From IMG/VR virus record IMGVR_UViG_3300020438_004435: a DNA stretch of 64,000 nucleotides. One strand, given 5' to 3'. Each line of letters begins with the position of its first letter. The first letter of the stretch is position 1. Both the position numbers and the translations under genes were made by a program. The notes below the pieces were generated by a model that had not been told where the DNA came from, ran no database searches, and saw nothing but the letters and a program-made list of their open reading frames with translations. Positions 19,501-29,593 of this stretch are shown here, piece by piece. This DNA is from a virus.

Positions 19501-20648
19501 ATACCTAATCTTAATTTGGTAGCTGAGTCTACTAATTTACCAGATACATTATATACACTACCTAATTGATCGGATAGTGCTGCTGTCATTTCAGCTGCTC
19601 CTTCTAATGATGAAGCAAATCCTTCACCAGAAGCCCTAAATCTATCTTGCATTTGTTTAGCTAATGCTAAATTTCTTTCTTGATATACTCCCTGGCCAGC
19701 TAATGCTTTATTGACTCTATCTTGCTCCTCTGCTAATTGTACACCTCTCTGACGCATTGTTTCATAACGTTTTAATCCAACAGCTAATAACCCCGTCATA
19801 AGAGTTAAAGGATTTGTTACAATATTTTTTAATGTAGAGAATATTTGACCAGCAGCTCCAGTCTGCTGTTCCATCGTATTTAATATATCTTTGGATAATT
19901 TTTCACGCCTCTGTTCCATCAACTCGGCCTTTGATGCTGCTTCTAATCCCTTCTGTGCTAGTAAAAGCTTTTTTTCATCCTCTGTATTACCTAATTGCTT
20001 GGCTATAGCTATTTCATTAGCAAGGTTTCTTAACTCCTCTTCAAATGGAACTATCTCTGTTTCAAACCCTAAAGCTTCTTTTAGAAATTTACTTCGGCTT
20101 TTCATACTACCAGCAACCTGTTGTTGAATCTTCTGAACACCATCAATAGTATCGGATACACCTTCTAATTCTTCACGTCTTTTTGCAGTAAGGTTACCCA
20201 TTAATTCCTCTTGTATTTGCATCTTAGAAGAAAATTGTACAGCTGTTTGTAATTTTTTAGCCATATCATTATATACAGCTGGTCTGCCTGCTTCCTGTTT
20301 GAAAAATTCTTTTTCGGAGTCTTGGATCTTCCTACGTATGGCTTGTTCATCACCTAAGGTCTTTATCTGATCACGTTTAAGGTCTGTATTTCTTTGTGCA
20401 AGTTCATTGGCTCTGGCTCTTGCTTCATTAGCCTTTTCCTCTAATTCTAATACAAGTCTTTGAATTTTTCCACGCTTTCGCTGATCTCCTTCTGTAGAAG
20501 CTTCTACTTGCGCGGCTTGCAATTGGGTTTCAAGTTGCCGAGCTAGTTGTTCTGAATTTTTGTGTAGTTGTTTTCCACGCTCAACATATATCTGATTGAG
20601 CCTTTCTTCACTATTTATAAAATCTTTTGGATCTATTCGCCTAGCCAT
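16563..20648 (-). CDS. Tape measure protein
   Basis: 1361 aa, helical and A/Q/E-rich, with a central GxxxG hydrophobic stretch; downstream of the chaperone and tube genes. Confidence 0.88.
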   Translation of the reverse strand: MARRIDPKDFINSEERLNQIYVERGKQLHKNSEQLARQLETQLQAAQVEASTEGDQRKRGKIQRLVLELEEKANEARARANELAQRNTDLKRDQIKTLGDEQAIRRKIQDSEKEFFKQEAGRPAVYNDMAKKLQTAVQFSSKMQIQEELMGNLTAKRREELEGVSDTIDGVQKIQQQVAGSMKSRSKFLKEALGFETEIVPFEEELRNLANEIAIAKQLGNTEDEKKLLLAQKGLEAASKAELMEQRREKLSKDILNTMEQQTGAAGQIFSTLKNIVTNPLTLMTGLLAVGLKRYETMRQRGVQLAEEQDRVNKALAGQGVYQERNLALAKQMQDRFRASGEGFASSLEGAAEMTAALSDQLGSVYNVSGKLVDSATKLRLGIGLSAEDSAKVMDNMMLMTGFSEDTAAAMVESTYAMSDMYGLNAQLVFQDIANASTETRTMFGGTADNVRNAAIEARRMGISMDDMAKVAKGLLDFESSIEAEMEAQLLTGKNINLQKARELAMSGDALGASQEVLKQMGGIEEFNKMNIFQKEAMAKAAGLELGEMEKMLKGNKTKKGQEDEAAKRKGKETKLLDQQVKVMGQLETGLSVMEKIAIRIGDIFLKVFGGDIKDLEKGFMNFINSEQFEVGLTHFLETIRTIIKTVISGIKSAIKFLNDSPIGGMIKGALKLVGGGNATKGFVNVLMAGFAAKKVVGMFGPLIKGLFPGKIGSLFEGLGGGFFARGSKMNPMNVTTDGGFGAGGKGGSKGFGRLLKAFQKGGLKGGGKAASRMIKGGRVAQFGSMLAGGKTASLGGTALGGAGVVGGALGLGAAAYMSAKDLNEAGTSTSGQKKAAAVTGASGAATGAMAGAAIGSVIPVVGTLLGAGIGALVGYAAGKMAGKLTIFENDVDAASRIAQEQADKLAMSSSVTDQMLASMKFEARGNAEELAKLEDISKAMTETSAELNAAIEERTNSEKLQADAAKADAFLQETIAGNRSMWGDDEVAMLSGLGMSSDLMEKQMTDFANSTGKDKATMAEFFNQNEAAKNQYFAQLFDKTGVTDVQEQEQIMARAMAEFGDTTFRASDPLDGFGDFMTDMTTDMVGQQQVRADLAAASASFEKDLIEQEKQRLLASGLQDGKEMREKLKAFAESKDVHDQVMEFEEEKLAELEYANMSFGEKMMDWLGGIGEWFSGIGTAIGEWFSKGWTMVKQKFSDFGDKIKAWPGKMWTSIKESFAKMGKKIEGLAQTLKAYIQYPFNFEIRLGDYYIPEVNHLGWKGLNKPDDMFMPGEKPPAGYGDRTIMTEEGTFALNNKDSIIAGTDLGQGGGSNGDSTRMANAIEVLVKQNQMLIELVAQGRVIEMDGAAVGKAVGLASVRA

Positions 20649-20662
20649 GAACTATCACTCCA

Positions 20663-20929
20663 CTATTTTTTGGATTTATTACCTATAACATACCAGTCAT
20701 ATATCTTTGACCATTTATCATAATGGTGCGCGAATGCAGGACTTTCCTTTCTACGGGCTTGAACTGCTTTTTCTAAATCCTTTGTAGCTTTTTCGAATTC
20801 CTTGGTATATCTTTTTAATTTAGCATCGCCTTGCATTGCCATATAAAACTTACCTCGTTTATGAGTAGTTTTTAATAACCCCCATAACTTACTAAGTATA
20901 CCTTCATTCATTTTTGGTGTTCTTGCCAT
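20663..20929 (-). CDS. Hypothetical protein
   Basis: 88 aa with AGGAG SD. Confidence 0.7.
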   Translation of the reverse strand: MARTPKMNEGILSKLWGLLKTTHKRGKFYMAMQGDAKLKRYTKEFEKATKDLEKAVQARRKESPAFAHHYDKWSKIYDWYVIGNKSKK

Positions 20930-20992
20930 AGTATAATTCTCCTATATTCTATTTGTATAGTATAGATATAAATATGTAAAAAGTATAAAATA

Positions 20993-21226
20993 CTATGATT
21001 TTACCGTCGGTGGTCTGTGAACTTTAGGTCTTGGTGTTTCCGTTTCCTTACCTTGATTAGCATCATTCTGAGCTTTTACAGCGTCTGCTACTTCCTTCAA
21101 ATAGAATTTACGCAAGTATAAAGGCATGTCATATACATCAGCATGGGTAAAGCCCTTACCATAATAAGTAAGTGTAAAAATATCCCTATGAATTAAGGGT
21201 TTATGACTTGGAGTTAGGCCAAAAAA
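20993..21226 (-). CDS. -1 frame extension of the tail assembly chaperone (gpT/gpE'-like; not in the track)
   Basis: The -1 frame reads FFGLTPSHKPLIHRDIFTLTYYGKGFTHADVYDMPLYLRKFYLKEV...TVKS* and begins at the GGGTTTTTTTG slippery run. Confidence 0.8.
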   Translation of the reverse strand, partial: FFGLTPSHKPLIHRDIFTLTYYGKGFTHADVYDMPLYLRKFYLKEVADAVKAQNDANQGKETETPRPKVHRPPTVKS

Positions 21227-22022
21227 ACCCGCTGTCGATCGGAAGATCGACTACCTCATCATGCCCACAGTGTTCACAATCAAATCTAAATTGCATTGCT
21301 ACATCTGGTCCAATATTTTTAATTTGCCTACGTAATTCCAATGAATCTCGTGCCATTAATTCATTATCAACGAAATCCCTAATAGCCTTAGTATCTCTAT
21401 TACCATCAATAGCTATAATCTGGTGTTTAAGTCTAGTAGTTAATTCCTGACTAGGACCATTTTTAGCTGCAAATTTGGCTAAACCTTTTAATTCAGCTTC
21501 CAAGGATTTATCCTTACGACCTGTCATCAATTGGAATGTAATTTCTCTTTTAGATACTGGTAGAATAGACTTGAATTCATTTAGACCCTTTTCATATTGG
21601 GTAAAGTCTATTTCTTTATGAGGCATTTGTGATAAATCAATTATTAAATCATTCTTCTCTCCACATGCAGGACATTTCATTGCTACTTCATAGTCCTTAC
21701 CATATCCTAAGATCCTAGCTGCTATCATAATAGCATTCTTATCACCTGTTATGATATCATCATAATTACATGGAGTAACTATTAATCCTTTTAATAATTT
21801 ATCGAGTACCACACCCTTTTTAATTAGATTAGCAGAGGTAAGGATATCCTCATCTCTTGCTGACATGTATCTCATTTCTATCTGACCAGAAGCTAAAGGA
21901 TGGTCTTTTGGGTAAAACCATCCTTCGCTTGGTAAGTCAACGAGTTCCGTTGGGTATTTTGAATTGATCTGAGGAGCTACCTCAGGTTTTGTGCTGTTTG
22001 TAGACTTATTTCCGTCTTCCAT
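21201..22022 (-). CDS. Tail/baseplate assembly chaperone (T4 gp26-like fold, gpG position)
   Basis: YPTELVDLPSEG, MSARDEDIL, CPACG and CEHCG zinc motifs, ends FFWP; follows the tube gene. Confidence 0.8.
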   Translation of the reverse strand: MEDGNKSTNSTKPEVAPQINSKYPTELVDLPSEGWFYPKDHPLASGQIEMRYMSARDEDILTSANLIKKGVVLDKLLKGLIVTPCNYDDIITGDKNAIMIAARILGYGKDYEVAMKCPACGEKNDLIIDLSQMPHKEIDFTQYEKGLNEFKSILPVSKREITFQLMTGRKDKSLEAELKGLAKFAAKNGPSQELTTRLKHQIIAIDGNRDTKAIRDFVDNELMARDSLELRRQIKNIGPDVAMQFRFDCEHCGHDEVVDLPIDSGFFWPNSKS

Positions 22023-22062
22023 AACTTATTCTCCTATATGTTAATAACTTTTATTTATTTAA

Positions 22063-22554
22063 TTAGTACTGTAGTATTGCGTAATCGTACTTAAGGGTAA
22101 GACCCATAGTTACGAATGCTTCACCACTAGACCAATCTAAATCACCTGCTGTTGTAGATAGTATGAATGCACCTTTAAGTGTCCATTCTTCTACCTTATC
22201 ACCTACAGGACCTAATACATTGAATGTAATATCTTTCTTATAGAAATCAGCGTATCCATCTCGACCAGTAACGGATTCGTGTGATAGTCTAACCCATTCC
22301 ATTACAGCTTGTGCAGCTGAAGGGACTACAGGATCATATAATTCTATTGATACATCTTGCCAATCGCCTTTTCCTTTAAGCTTTCTTTTGACGTTAATGT
22401 GATCAAGAACTACCTCACCAAATGTTATTGATGGTCTTGAAGTTTTCTTAATTAAATATGCAGGAATACCATCTATATACATGATAAACCTGTTTTGCAT
22501 TTTTGGTTCAAATGCGGTAAACATTGCTTCTGTTGGGTCGATTAATTGTGCCAT
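22063..22554 (-). CDS. Tail tube protein (T4 gp19-like)
   Basis: FEPKMQNRF, RPSITF, LYDPVVPS...VMEW, YKKDI, EEWTLKGAF, LKYDYA. Confidence 0.93.
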   Translation of the reverse strand: MAQLIDPTEAMFTAFEPKMQNRFIMYIDGIPAYLIKKTSRPSITFGEVVLDHINVKRKLKGKGDWQDVSIELYDPVVPSAAQAVMEWVRLSHESVTGRDGYADFYKKDITFNVLGPVGDKVEEWTLKGAFILSTTAGDLDWSSGEAFVTMGLTLKYDYAILQY

Positions 22555-22628
22555 TTGTTCTCCTCGTTTATTCTGTTTCTACATATATAAATATGTATCT
22601 TTATAAAAAGTATCCTCTTTTTTAATTA

Positions 22629-25600
22629 TTATTCAGGGAATACCGCTCCTGTTGGTAAAATATTAAAGTCTAATATAATAAATTCTGCTGATTTAGCTGG
22701 TTGCAAGAATATTTCACCGATCATTTGATTTCTATCAATTACATCAGCTGTATTATTCGATTCATCCATTATTACTTTGAATGCATATATACCTTGTCTT
22801 TGTTGTACACTTTCAAAATATGGATTAGCTATATTTAAGAATCTATTTCTTGTAGCTGTAGTATTGTTTTCGAATACTAAGTATTTAGTTGCAGATGCAA
22901 TAAATTTCTTAGCTGCGATTAATAATCTTCTTACATTAATTCTATCAAGTGCAGATGGTCTAGCTTGTAAAGTCTTTTGACCCCATACTGATATACCTTC
23001 CTTGAACGTTGCAATTGGATTAACTCTACCTTCATATAAATCATCTCTCTCAGCATGTGTTAATCTTGATTCCACTTCAAGGGCTGTAGTTAACATACCT
23101 CTATTGAAACCTGCTGGAGCGAACCATTCAAATGCTACATTATCATTATGAGATATAACTCCACCTGCTACTACTGATGGTGGAACCCATACTGGCTTGT
23201 TAATATCACTATCCATGATCTTAACCCAAGGCCAATAAGTTGCTGTATAATTTGAATCGAATGATTTTACTACGTTTGTTATAGTAGACATTCCTAATCC
23301 TTCCATAGATGATTGCTTACCTATTGAATCCATTATATAGAATGTATCCGCTCTATCCTCAGCTACATTTTTAGCGTATGTAGTTACAGGCGCGTGATCT
23401 TTCATATTAGGACCAGGAGTAAGAATCATGTTAATATCTATTTCATCCGGATTAGATATTGCATTTAATGCTCTTTTATAAGCAAGTGCTCCATCTTTTT
23501 CCATTGTTGATAAGTCATATCCTAGCATATTAGTTGCTGATATATCAGAACCTCTTGCTATGTATCTAGCTGGATTCAATCCATCAAATCCTCCTTGGAA
23601 AGGTACCATAAATTTCTTTGTTTGAAGGTTTATAGTTGTTCCTGTTGGAGTAATTGCTGCACCTGCTCCTGAATCTAATGAAGCAGAAGGATGTTGGAAA
23701 CAATTAGCTAAATTAAATGCTTTATTATTTCCTACTGCAGGAGCATTACCACCAGCTGGTGAAGAATCAGGTAAAGGCATTAAATAATTTAGGTTATCTG
23801 AATCCGTATAATCAAATCCATAAAACACTTTCTTATTATATACGTTATCTAATACTTGTGATCCTTTCTTAGCTAGGTTTTTACCTACCATATCATTATA
23901 TGTTCCTAAATGCCCTTCACCATTTCCAATGAATGATGCACTTGGTAAACTACCGTGTGTTCCATTTAATGGTTCTAATAAAGCTGCAAATCCAAATGGA
24001 ACTAATTCTGCTGATGTACCTTTATCTTTTACATCTTCAGGTAATTCAACCCAAATGTATTGAGATAAATTAGGATAATCACCATACATTGTTACTTTAC
24101 CATCTGCATCTATTTCTTGGTATCTATCACCAATCACTCTACCAATAAAGTTTGGATTATCTGGATCTAATGTTAAATTATTCCATTGCTCTACAATTTC
24201 TGGTCTTCTATCAGAGTCACCTGATTTTTTCCATGGAGATTGAACTGCATGTACTGAACCTTCAAGATCTACTCTTCTTAATTGTACTGAGAATGTTCCG
24301 TATTCCGATCCCGCAACTGTACCAGCTCCTTTTACATTAAGTATACCAGCTTTAATTTGGTAACTCATTGCTGGTCCGTGTGCTCTTGTATGGAATTTGA
24401 ATAGGTTAGTTGTTTTTCCACCAACTTTTTGTGAGGTAATCCATGGTGTTCTTGCTTCATATCCATCTTTTACACTATATCCGTAAGAAATATCATTTTG
24501 AATTGATTTTACTTGAACCTGTGCTGATGAATCAGCTGCGTAAGATGCAGAAGCATAATTCTTAAACCACATGTAAGTATATACTGGCTTATATCTATCT
24601 TTCGGAGACATTCCAAATACTTTAGTTAAATGATTTGAACTATTAGGATTAACAGATGCAGAATAAGCAGTTGCTGTAGTAAGAATATTACCAGTATCTG
24701 CATGACCTGTATCAAAGTTAGTATTGTTAGTATACGTAGCTCCTAAAGATCCACCTCCTGATCCTGAGAAGTATAATACGAATGAATCTGCATCAGATCC
24801 ACCTTGTTGTGTTGTTTGTATAGATGCTGTTAAAGATTGTGCATCTGCAGACCATTCAGGAGCTCCTACTGTTCCACGTCCTGATACGGATTGAGAATAA
24901 GCAGCATCTGCTGATCTACCTGTTAAGGTATTTTCAATAGTAAGCGATCCACTACCTGCTCCTAATGTAGCTGAAAATATTTGTTCACTATTTTGTGTTA
25001 CCGAATTAATTGCATCTTTAGTTATACGTGCAAATGTTCCTGACATATAAGATCCAGAAGCAAAGTATGTTTTAACACCAGCTGTTCCTGCTACTATAGT
25101 ATTACGTCCACTTGATTGTGATACATAAGCACTATTACCTGCTCCACCATAAGATGCTGAAGTAAGGAATAAGTGTATATTAGATGCTGAAGCTTCGTGA
25201 GAACCTGTTGTAGCATGAATATATTTACCTAAGTCCCAATCTGCTCCTACATGGAATCCATAATTAGAAGCTCCATCATCTGCATCTAAATTAGGTTGAT
25301 CACAGTTAATCATTTTAACTAATGATTGTGCCTGATTAAATGCATTAGTTCCTGCTTGGAATGAACCTACTCTAGATCCTGGTGAATCTGCTGCAGGATC
25401 TGCTGATCCTAATACTGTATATGTTAAATCTGTTCCACCCGTTACTCCACCTGGTATAAAGATTACTGCTTTATGAGTTGCTGTAGTAGTAGTTGTAAGA
25501 ACTATACCTCTACCTGAAGCCATTGTTCCGTCACTACCAAGAGATGAAGATAGGAATGCTGTTCCATGAGCTCTATCAGAAGGACTGGTTACATCGCCAT

Positions 25601-26477
25601 TTCCAACTAATGGATCATTAGGTCTTTTCATTGAAGTTGCTACTAATTCATCTGTTCCATGAGTATATCCATGTCTAAATGTTTTTTGATATAAAGATGA
25701 TGTTACCACACCACTATCTAATATAACATTAAGATCAACTGCATGCACGTGATCAAAATATGTAGCTACTGTTCTAATAGCTCCGCCATACTCTACTCTT
25801 ACAGGTGCAGCAGCTTGCAATGAAGCTGAGAACCAGAAGAAGTGTGATTCACTTTCCTGATCTTCTCCTCCTGTATATCCTGTTGTAGATATATCAGAGT
25901 CTTGTGAGTTATATGAAGAATTAAGTACAAAGTAACTTCCACTAAATGATCCAGAGAAGTTAGAACCACCAATAGGGAAATGTTTACCAGCTTCAGTATC
26001 TTTAATAAATTGAGTAATTTGATTCGCCTTATTCGTAGATCCGGTCATAATAAATTTAGTAATTTCTTCCGTACCATCACCCAATTTAGGTGTAAAGTAT
26101 GCATCACTATCTACATGAGTTGGATGATATACAGCTACAACGTTATTACCGCCGGCTAATGTAGTATCACTTGATCCACTCATTACTAATTCCACTAAAT
26201 ATGGTGAATACCCACTTAGACCTACAACTCTTACAATTGTTACTGTTCCCGCGCTTTTCAAGTATTCCTCTACTGCATATGGAACATAGCTGTCTTGCGT
26301 CTTAGGGCCAAATACTTGTTCAAATTCACTGAATGATTCTATTACAGTTGGTTCGAATGCTGGACCTTTAATTGTTGGTCCTATGATTGCGGCTCCTATT
26401 GACGAAATACCTGCTGGTAAAAATGATAAATCACGCTCGTTGGTAAATACGCCTGGGCTTACTATTTTCTCTGCCAT
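22629..26477 (-). CDS. Tail sheath protein, copy 1, with large insertion
   Basis: SPGVFTNERD N-terminus; WFAPAGFNRG, LYEGRVNPI, WGQKTL, RINVRRLL C-terminal domain. Confidence 0.95.
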   Translation of the reverse strand: MAEKIVSPGVFTNERDLSFLPAGISSIGAAIIGPTIKGPAFEPTVIESFSEFEQVFGPKTQDSYVPYAVEEYLKSAGTVTIVRVVGLSGYSPYLVELVMSGSSDTTLAGGNNVVAVYHPTHVDSDAYFTPKLGDGTEEITKFIMTGSTNKANQITQFIKDTEAGKHFPIGGSNFSGSFSGSYFVLNSSYNSQDSDISTTGYTGGEDQESESHFFWFSASLQAAAPVRVEYGGAIRTVATYFDHVHAVDLNVILDSGVVTSSLYQKTFRHGYTHGTDELVATSMKRPNDPLVGNGDVTSPSDRAHGTAFLSSSLGSDGTMASGRGIVLTTTTTATHKAVIFIPGGVTGGTDLTYTVLGSADPAADSPGSRVGSFQAGTNAFNQAQSLVKMINCDQPNLDADDGASNYGFHVGADWDLGKYIHATTGSHEASASNIHLFLTSASYGGAGNSAYVSQSSGRNTIVAGTAGVKTYFASGSYMSGTFARITKDAINSVTQNSEQIFSATLGAGSGSLTIENTLTGRSADAAYSQSVSGRGTVGAPEWSADAQSLTASIQTTQQGGSDADSFVLYFSGSGGGSLGATYTNNTNFDTGHADTGNILTTATAYSASVNPNSSNHLTKVFGMSPKDRYKPVYTYMWFKNYASASYAADSSAQVQVKSIQNDISYGYSVKDGYEARTPWITSQKVGGKTTNLFKFHTRAHGPAMSYQIKAGILNVKGAGTVAGSEYGTFSVQLRRVDLEGSVHAVQSPWKKSGDSDRRPEIVEQWNNLTLDPDNPNFIGRVIGDRYQEIDADGKVTMYGDYPNLSQYIWVELPEDVKDKGTSAELVPFGFAALLEPLNGTHGSLPSASFIGNGEGHLGTYNDMVGKNLAKKGSQVLDNVYNKKVFYGFDYTDSDNLNYLMPLPDSSPAGGNAPAVGNNKAFNLANCFQHPSASLDSGAGAAITPTGTTINLQTKKFMVPFQGGFDGLNPARYIARGSDISATNMLGYDLSTMEKDGALAYKRALNAISNPDEIDINMILTPGPNMKDHAPVTTYAKNVAEDRADTFYIMDSIGKQSSMEGLGMSTITNVVKSFDSNYTATYWPWVKIMDSDINKPVWVPPSVVAGGVISHNDNVAFEWFAPAGFNRGMLTTALEVESRLTHAERDDLYEGRVNPIATFKEGISVWGQKTLQARPSALDRINVRRLLIAAKKFIASATKYLVFENNTTATRNRFLNIANPYFESVQQRQGIYAFKVIMDESNNTADVIDRNQMIGEIFLQPAKSAEFIILDFNILPTGAVFPE

Positions 26478-26509
26478 GTTTTAACTCCTCTTTATTCTAT
26501 TATAATATC

Positions 26510-29212
26510 TTATTCTGGAAAGGCTGCGCCTGTTGGTAAAATGTTAAAGTCTAATATGATGAACTCAGCTGCCTTAGCAGGTTGTAAGAATAATTCCCCG
26601 ATCATTTGATTTCTATCAATTACATCTGGTGTATTATTGGATTCATCCATTATTACCTTAAACGCATACAAGCCCTGTCTTTGCTGAATTGATTCCAAAT
26701 AAGGATTAACTATATTTAGGAATCTATTTCTAGTTGCTGTTGTGTTATTTTCAAATACTAAATATTTAGTTGCTGAAGCAATAAATTTCTTAACAGCAAT
26801 TAATAATCTTCTTACATTAACTCTATCCAATGCTGATGGTTTTGCTTGAAGTGTTTTTTGACCCCATATACAAACTCCTTGTCCAGGGAATGTAGCTATA
26901 GGATTTACTCTACCTTCATATAAATCATCTCTTTCATCATGTGTTAATCTACTCTTAACTTCAATTACTTCAGTTAGAGTTCCTCTATTCAATCCTGCTG
27001 GAGCAAACCATTCAAATGCTACTTTGTCATTAAATGCTATTGCACCAGGAATTACAACTGATGGTGGAACCCATACTGGTTTATTGATATCCGTATCAAG
27101 GATTTTTACCCATGGATAATAAGTTGCTGTATAATTAGAGTCGAATGCTTTTACTGTATCTGTTACAGTTGTAATGTTATCACCATATGATGCTGCATCC
27201 ATTACATAGAAAGCGTCTCCTCTATCTTCACAAGTATTTTTTGCATGTGTAGTAATGCCTGAGTGTAATCTGTGATCTGCACCAGGAGTAGCCATCATAT
27301 TGATATCATATTCATCTGGATTAGATACTGCGTTAACAGCTCTTTTATATGCTAAGGTTCCATCCTTCTGTGCTGTTGAACAATCAAAGCCAAATAAATT
27401 AGCTGCTGATATATCTCCTGCTAATCCAACGAATCTTGAAGGATTGTATCCATCAAAACCACCTTGGAATGGAATTGCAAATTTCTTAGTTGCTAAATTA
27501 ATTGTTGATCCACCTGGTGTAATATTTTCACCTCTAGGTGTTGTTCCTGCATCTAATGACGCAGAAGGGTGTTGCCAGCAATCACTTAAATTAAATGCTT
27601 TATTATTTCCAGATGTTGTTGATGCATTTGGTAAATTTGTTAAGTAATTTAAGTTATCAACATTTGTAAAATCAAATCCGTAGAATACTGCTTTATTATA
27701 AACACCATCCATAATTTGTTTTTTATTTCTTTCTTCATTTCCATTTTCAGATTCACCATATACACCTATTGTAGATGCTGATGGAACGCCTTTGAATGTA
27801 GAAGGAACTGGTTCTATTAGAGCTGCATATCCGAAAGGAACTAATTCAGCAGAGATACCTTGATCTTTTACCTCATCAGGAATTTCTAACCAAATATAAT
27901 TTGATTTATTAGCATAGTCACCATATACAGTAACCTTACCATCAGCATCAATAGATTGATATCTATCACCAACTGCTCTACCTAAGAAATTTGGATTATT
28001 AGGATCTAATGTTAAATTATTAAATTGTTCTACTATCTCAGGTGATCTGTCTGAATCATTTGATTTTTTATAAGGTGTTCTGTTAGCTAATACTGAACCA
28101 TCAACCTTAACTCTTCTCAATTGTAATGAGAAAGAACCATATTCGGATCCTGCAACAGTTCCAGCTGCTCTTACATTTAATATACAAGCTTTGATTTCAT
28201 GGTTTACTGATGTTCCATGAGCTCTAGTGTGTATCTTAAATAAATTTACCGTTTTACCACCTACCTTTTGTGATACAATAAATGGTGTTCTTGCTTCATA
28301 TCCATTCTTAGTAGCATATACTTGATTATATTTTATTTCAGTGGATGTATTACCTGCTGCCATATTACCATTAAATGATCCACCACCTACAACTACTGAA
28401 GGAACAGTTTTAGATCCTACTGTTGTATGTGCCGCATAAGATGCAGAAGCTGCATTCTTAAACCAATATTTCAAATATACAGGTTTATATCTATCCTTTG
28501 GTGTTGTTCCAAATACTTTGTCGATTAAGAATTCACTTGAAGGATTTAATGATGCTGAGTAAGCAGTGTCACCTGTTTTTGTTGTGTTTACGTGATTTTT
28601 TGATCCTGCACCAGCTACCTTAACTGCATGTCCTGTTGTAAAGTTCGTTGTTGAACCATAAGGTATTGCATTACCAGCACTATCTTGTTCTGATGGATGG
28701 CTTGAGGCACTTAAAAATAATAGGAATCCACTTGCATCACCAAAATCTTTTCTTCTAACTACATTATCTTCTGCACCATCACCATTTACTCCAGCTTTAG
28801 TATTAGATGCCGATATAGCATACCATTTTGCTGTTGGATCTACTTGACCAGGAGCTAATACAGCTACTGTTCTTCCGCCCACATCTGGAGATGCATCAAG
28901 ATTGTAACTACCAGAAACAGCTATATCAATAGCTTGTTCTAAATATCCTGATAATCCTAAAATTCTTACAATTGTTACTCGACCTGCACTCTTAAGATAC
29001 ATTTCAACCGTATAAGGAACATATGATTCTTTGGATTTTGGGCCAAAAACAGCTTCAAATTCCTTAAATGATTCGATAATGGTTGGTTCAAATGCTGGTC
29101 CCTTTACTGTAGGTCCTATAATTGCAGCACCAATTTCTCCGATTGATGCTGGTAAAAAAGATAAGTCTCTTTCGTTGGTAAATACACCAGGACTAACTAT
29201 TTTTTCTGCCAT
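26510..29212 (-). CDS. Tail sheath protein, copy 2
   Basis: Same N-terminal 22 aa as copy 1; WFAPAGLNRG, VNPIATFPG, RVNVRRLL. Confidence 0.95.
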   Translation of the reverse strand: MAEKIVSPGVFTNERDLSFLPASIGEIGAAIIGPTVKGPAFEPTIIESFKEFEAVFGPKSKESYVPYTVEMYLKSAGRVTIVRILGLSGYLEQAIDIAVSGSYNLDASPDVGGRTVAVLAPGQVDPTAKWYAISASNTKAGVNGDGAEDNVVRRKDFGDASGFLLFLSASSHPSEQDSAGNAIPYGSTTNFTTGHAVKVAGAGSKNHVNTTKTGDTAYSASLNPSSEFLIDKVFGTTPKDRYKPVYLKYWFKNAASASYAAHTTVGSKTVPSVVVGGGSFNGNMAAGNTSTEIKYNQVYATKNGYEARTPFIVSQKVGGKTVNLFKIHTRAHGTSVNHEIKACILNVRAAGTVAGSEYGSFSLQLRRVKVDGSVLANRTPYKKSNDSDRSPEIVEQFNNLTLDPNNPNFLGRAVGDRYQSIDADGKVTVYGDYANKSNYIWLEIPDEVKDQGISAELVPFGYAALIEPVPSTFKGVPSASTIGVYGESENGNEERNKKQIMDGVYNKAVFYGFDFTNVDNLNYLTNLPNASTTSGNNKAFNLSDCWQHPSASLDAGTTPRGENITPGGSTINLATKKFAIPFQGGFDGYNPSRFVGLAGDISAANLFGFDCSTAQKDGTLAYKRAVNAVSNPDEYDINMMATPGADHRLHSGITTHAKNTCEDRGDAFYVMDAASYGDNITTVTDTVKAFDSNYTATYYPWVKILDTDINKPVWVPPSVVIPGAIAFNDKVAFEWFAPAGLNRGTLTEVIEVKSRLTHDERDDLYEGRVNPIATFPGQGVCIWGQKTLQAKPSALDRVNVRRLLIAVKKFIASATKYLVFENNTTATRNRFLNIVNPYLESIQQRQGLYAFKVIMDESNNTPDVIDRNQMIGELFLQPAKAAEFIILDFNILPTGAAFPE

Positions 29213-29225
29213 GTTTTAGCTCCTC

Positions 29226-29504
29226 TTAATTTTTGGCCGGAGTGAATGTCCCTGTTTGTGGGTCCAATGTTCCAGCTCCATATTTCTGATTCAATTCCTT
29301 AACTAGTTCACGTTCATCTGTCTCTAGTTGTATAATATCGTTGCGGAGGTTTTCTTCAGCTTGATCTATACCATCAAGTTGTCTCGAAACCTGGAACTTT
29401 TGCAGACTTAGTTGTCCAAATAGGGCTGTTTTTTGTTGGTAGCCTGTTTGAATATCTTTAATTTTTTTTAATTCATCGTCTGTAAATTTTACTTCTGTGC
29501 TCAT
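29226..29504 (-). CDS. Small coiled-coil protein, possibly a fibre chaperone
   Basis: 92 aa with heptad pattern, immediately after the large fibre gene. Confidence 0.55.
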   Translation of the reverse strand: MSTEVKFTDDELKKIKDIQTGYQQKTALFGQLSLQKFQVSRQLDGIDQAEENLRNDIIQLETDERELVKELNQKYGAGTLDPQTGTFTPAKN

Positions 29505-29593
29505 AACTATCTCCTTTGCTTTTATACATTATTTGTCTTAAATAAATATATAAAATCACCCTCAAACACTCATTAATTTAATATTTTCTACTA

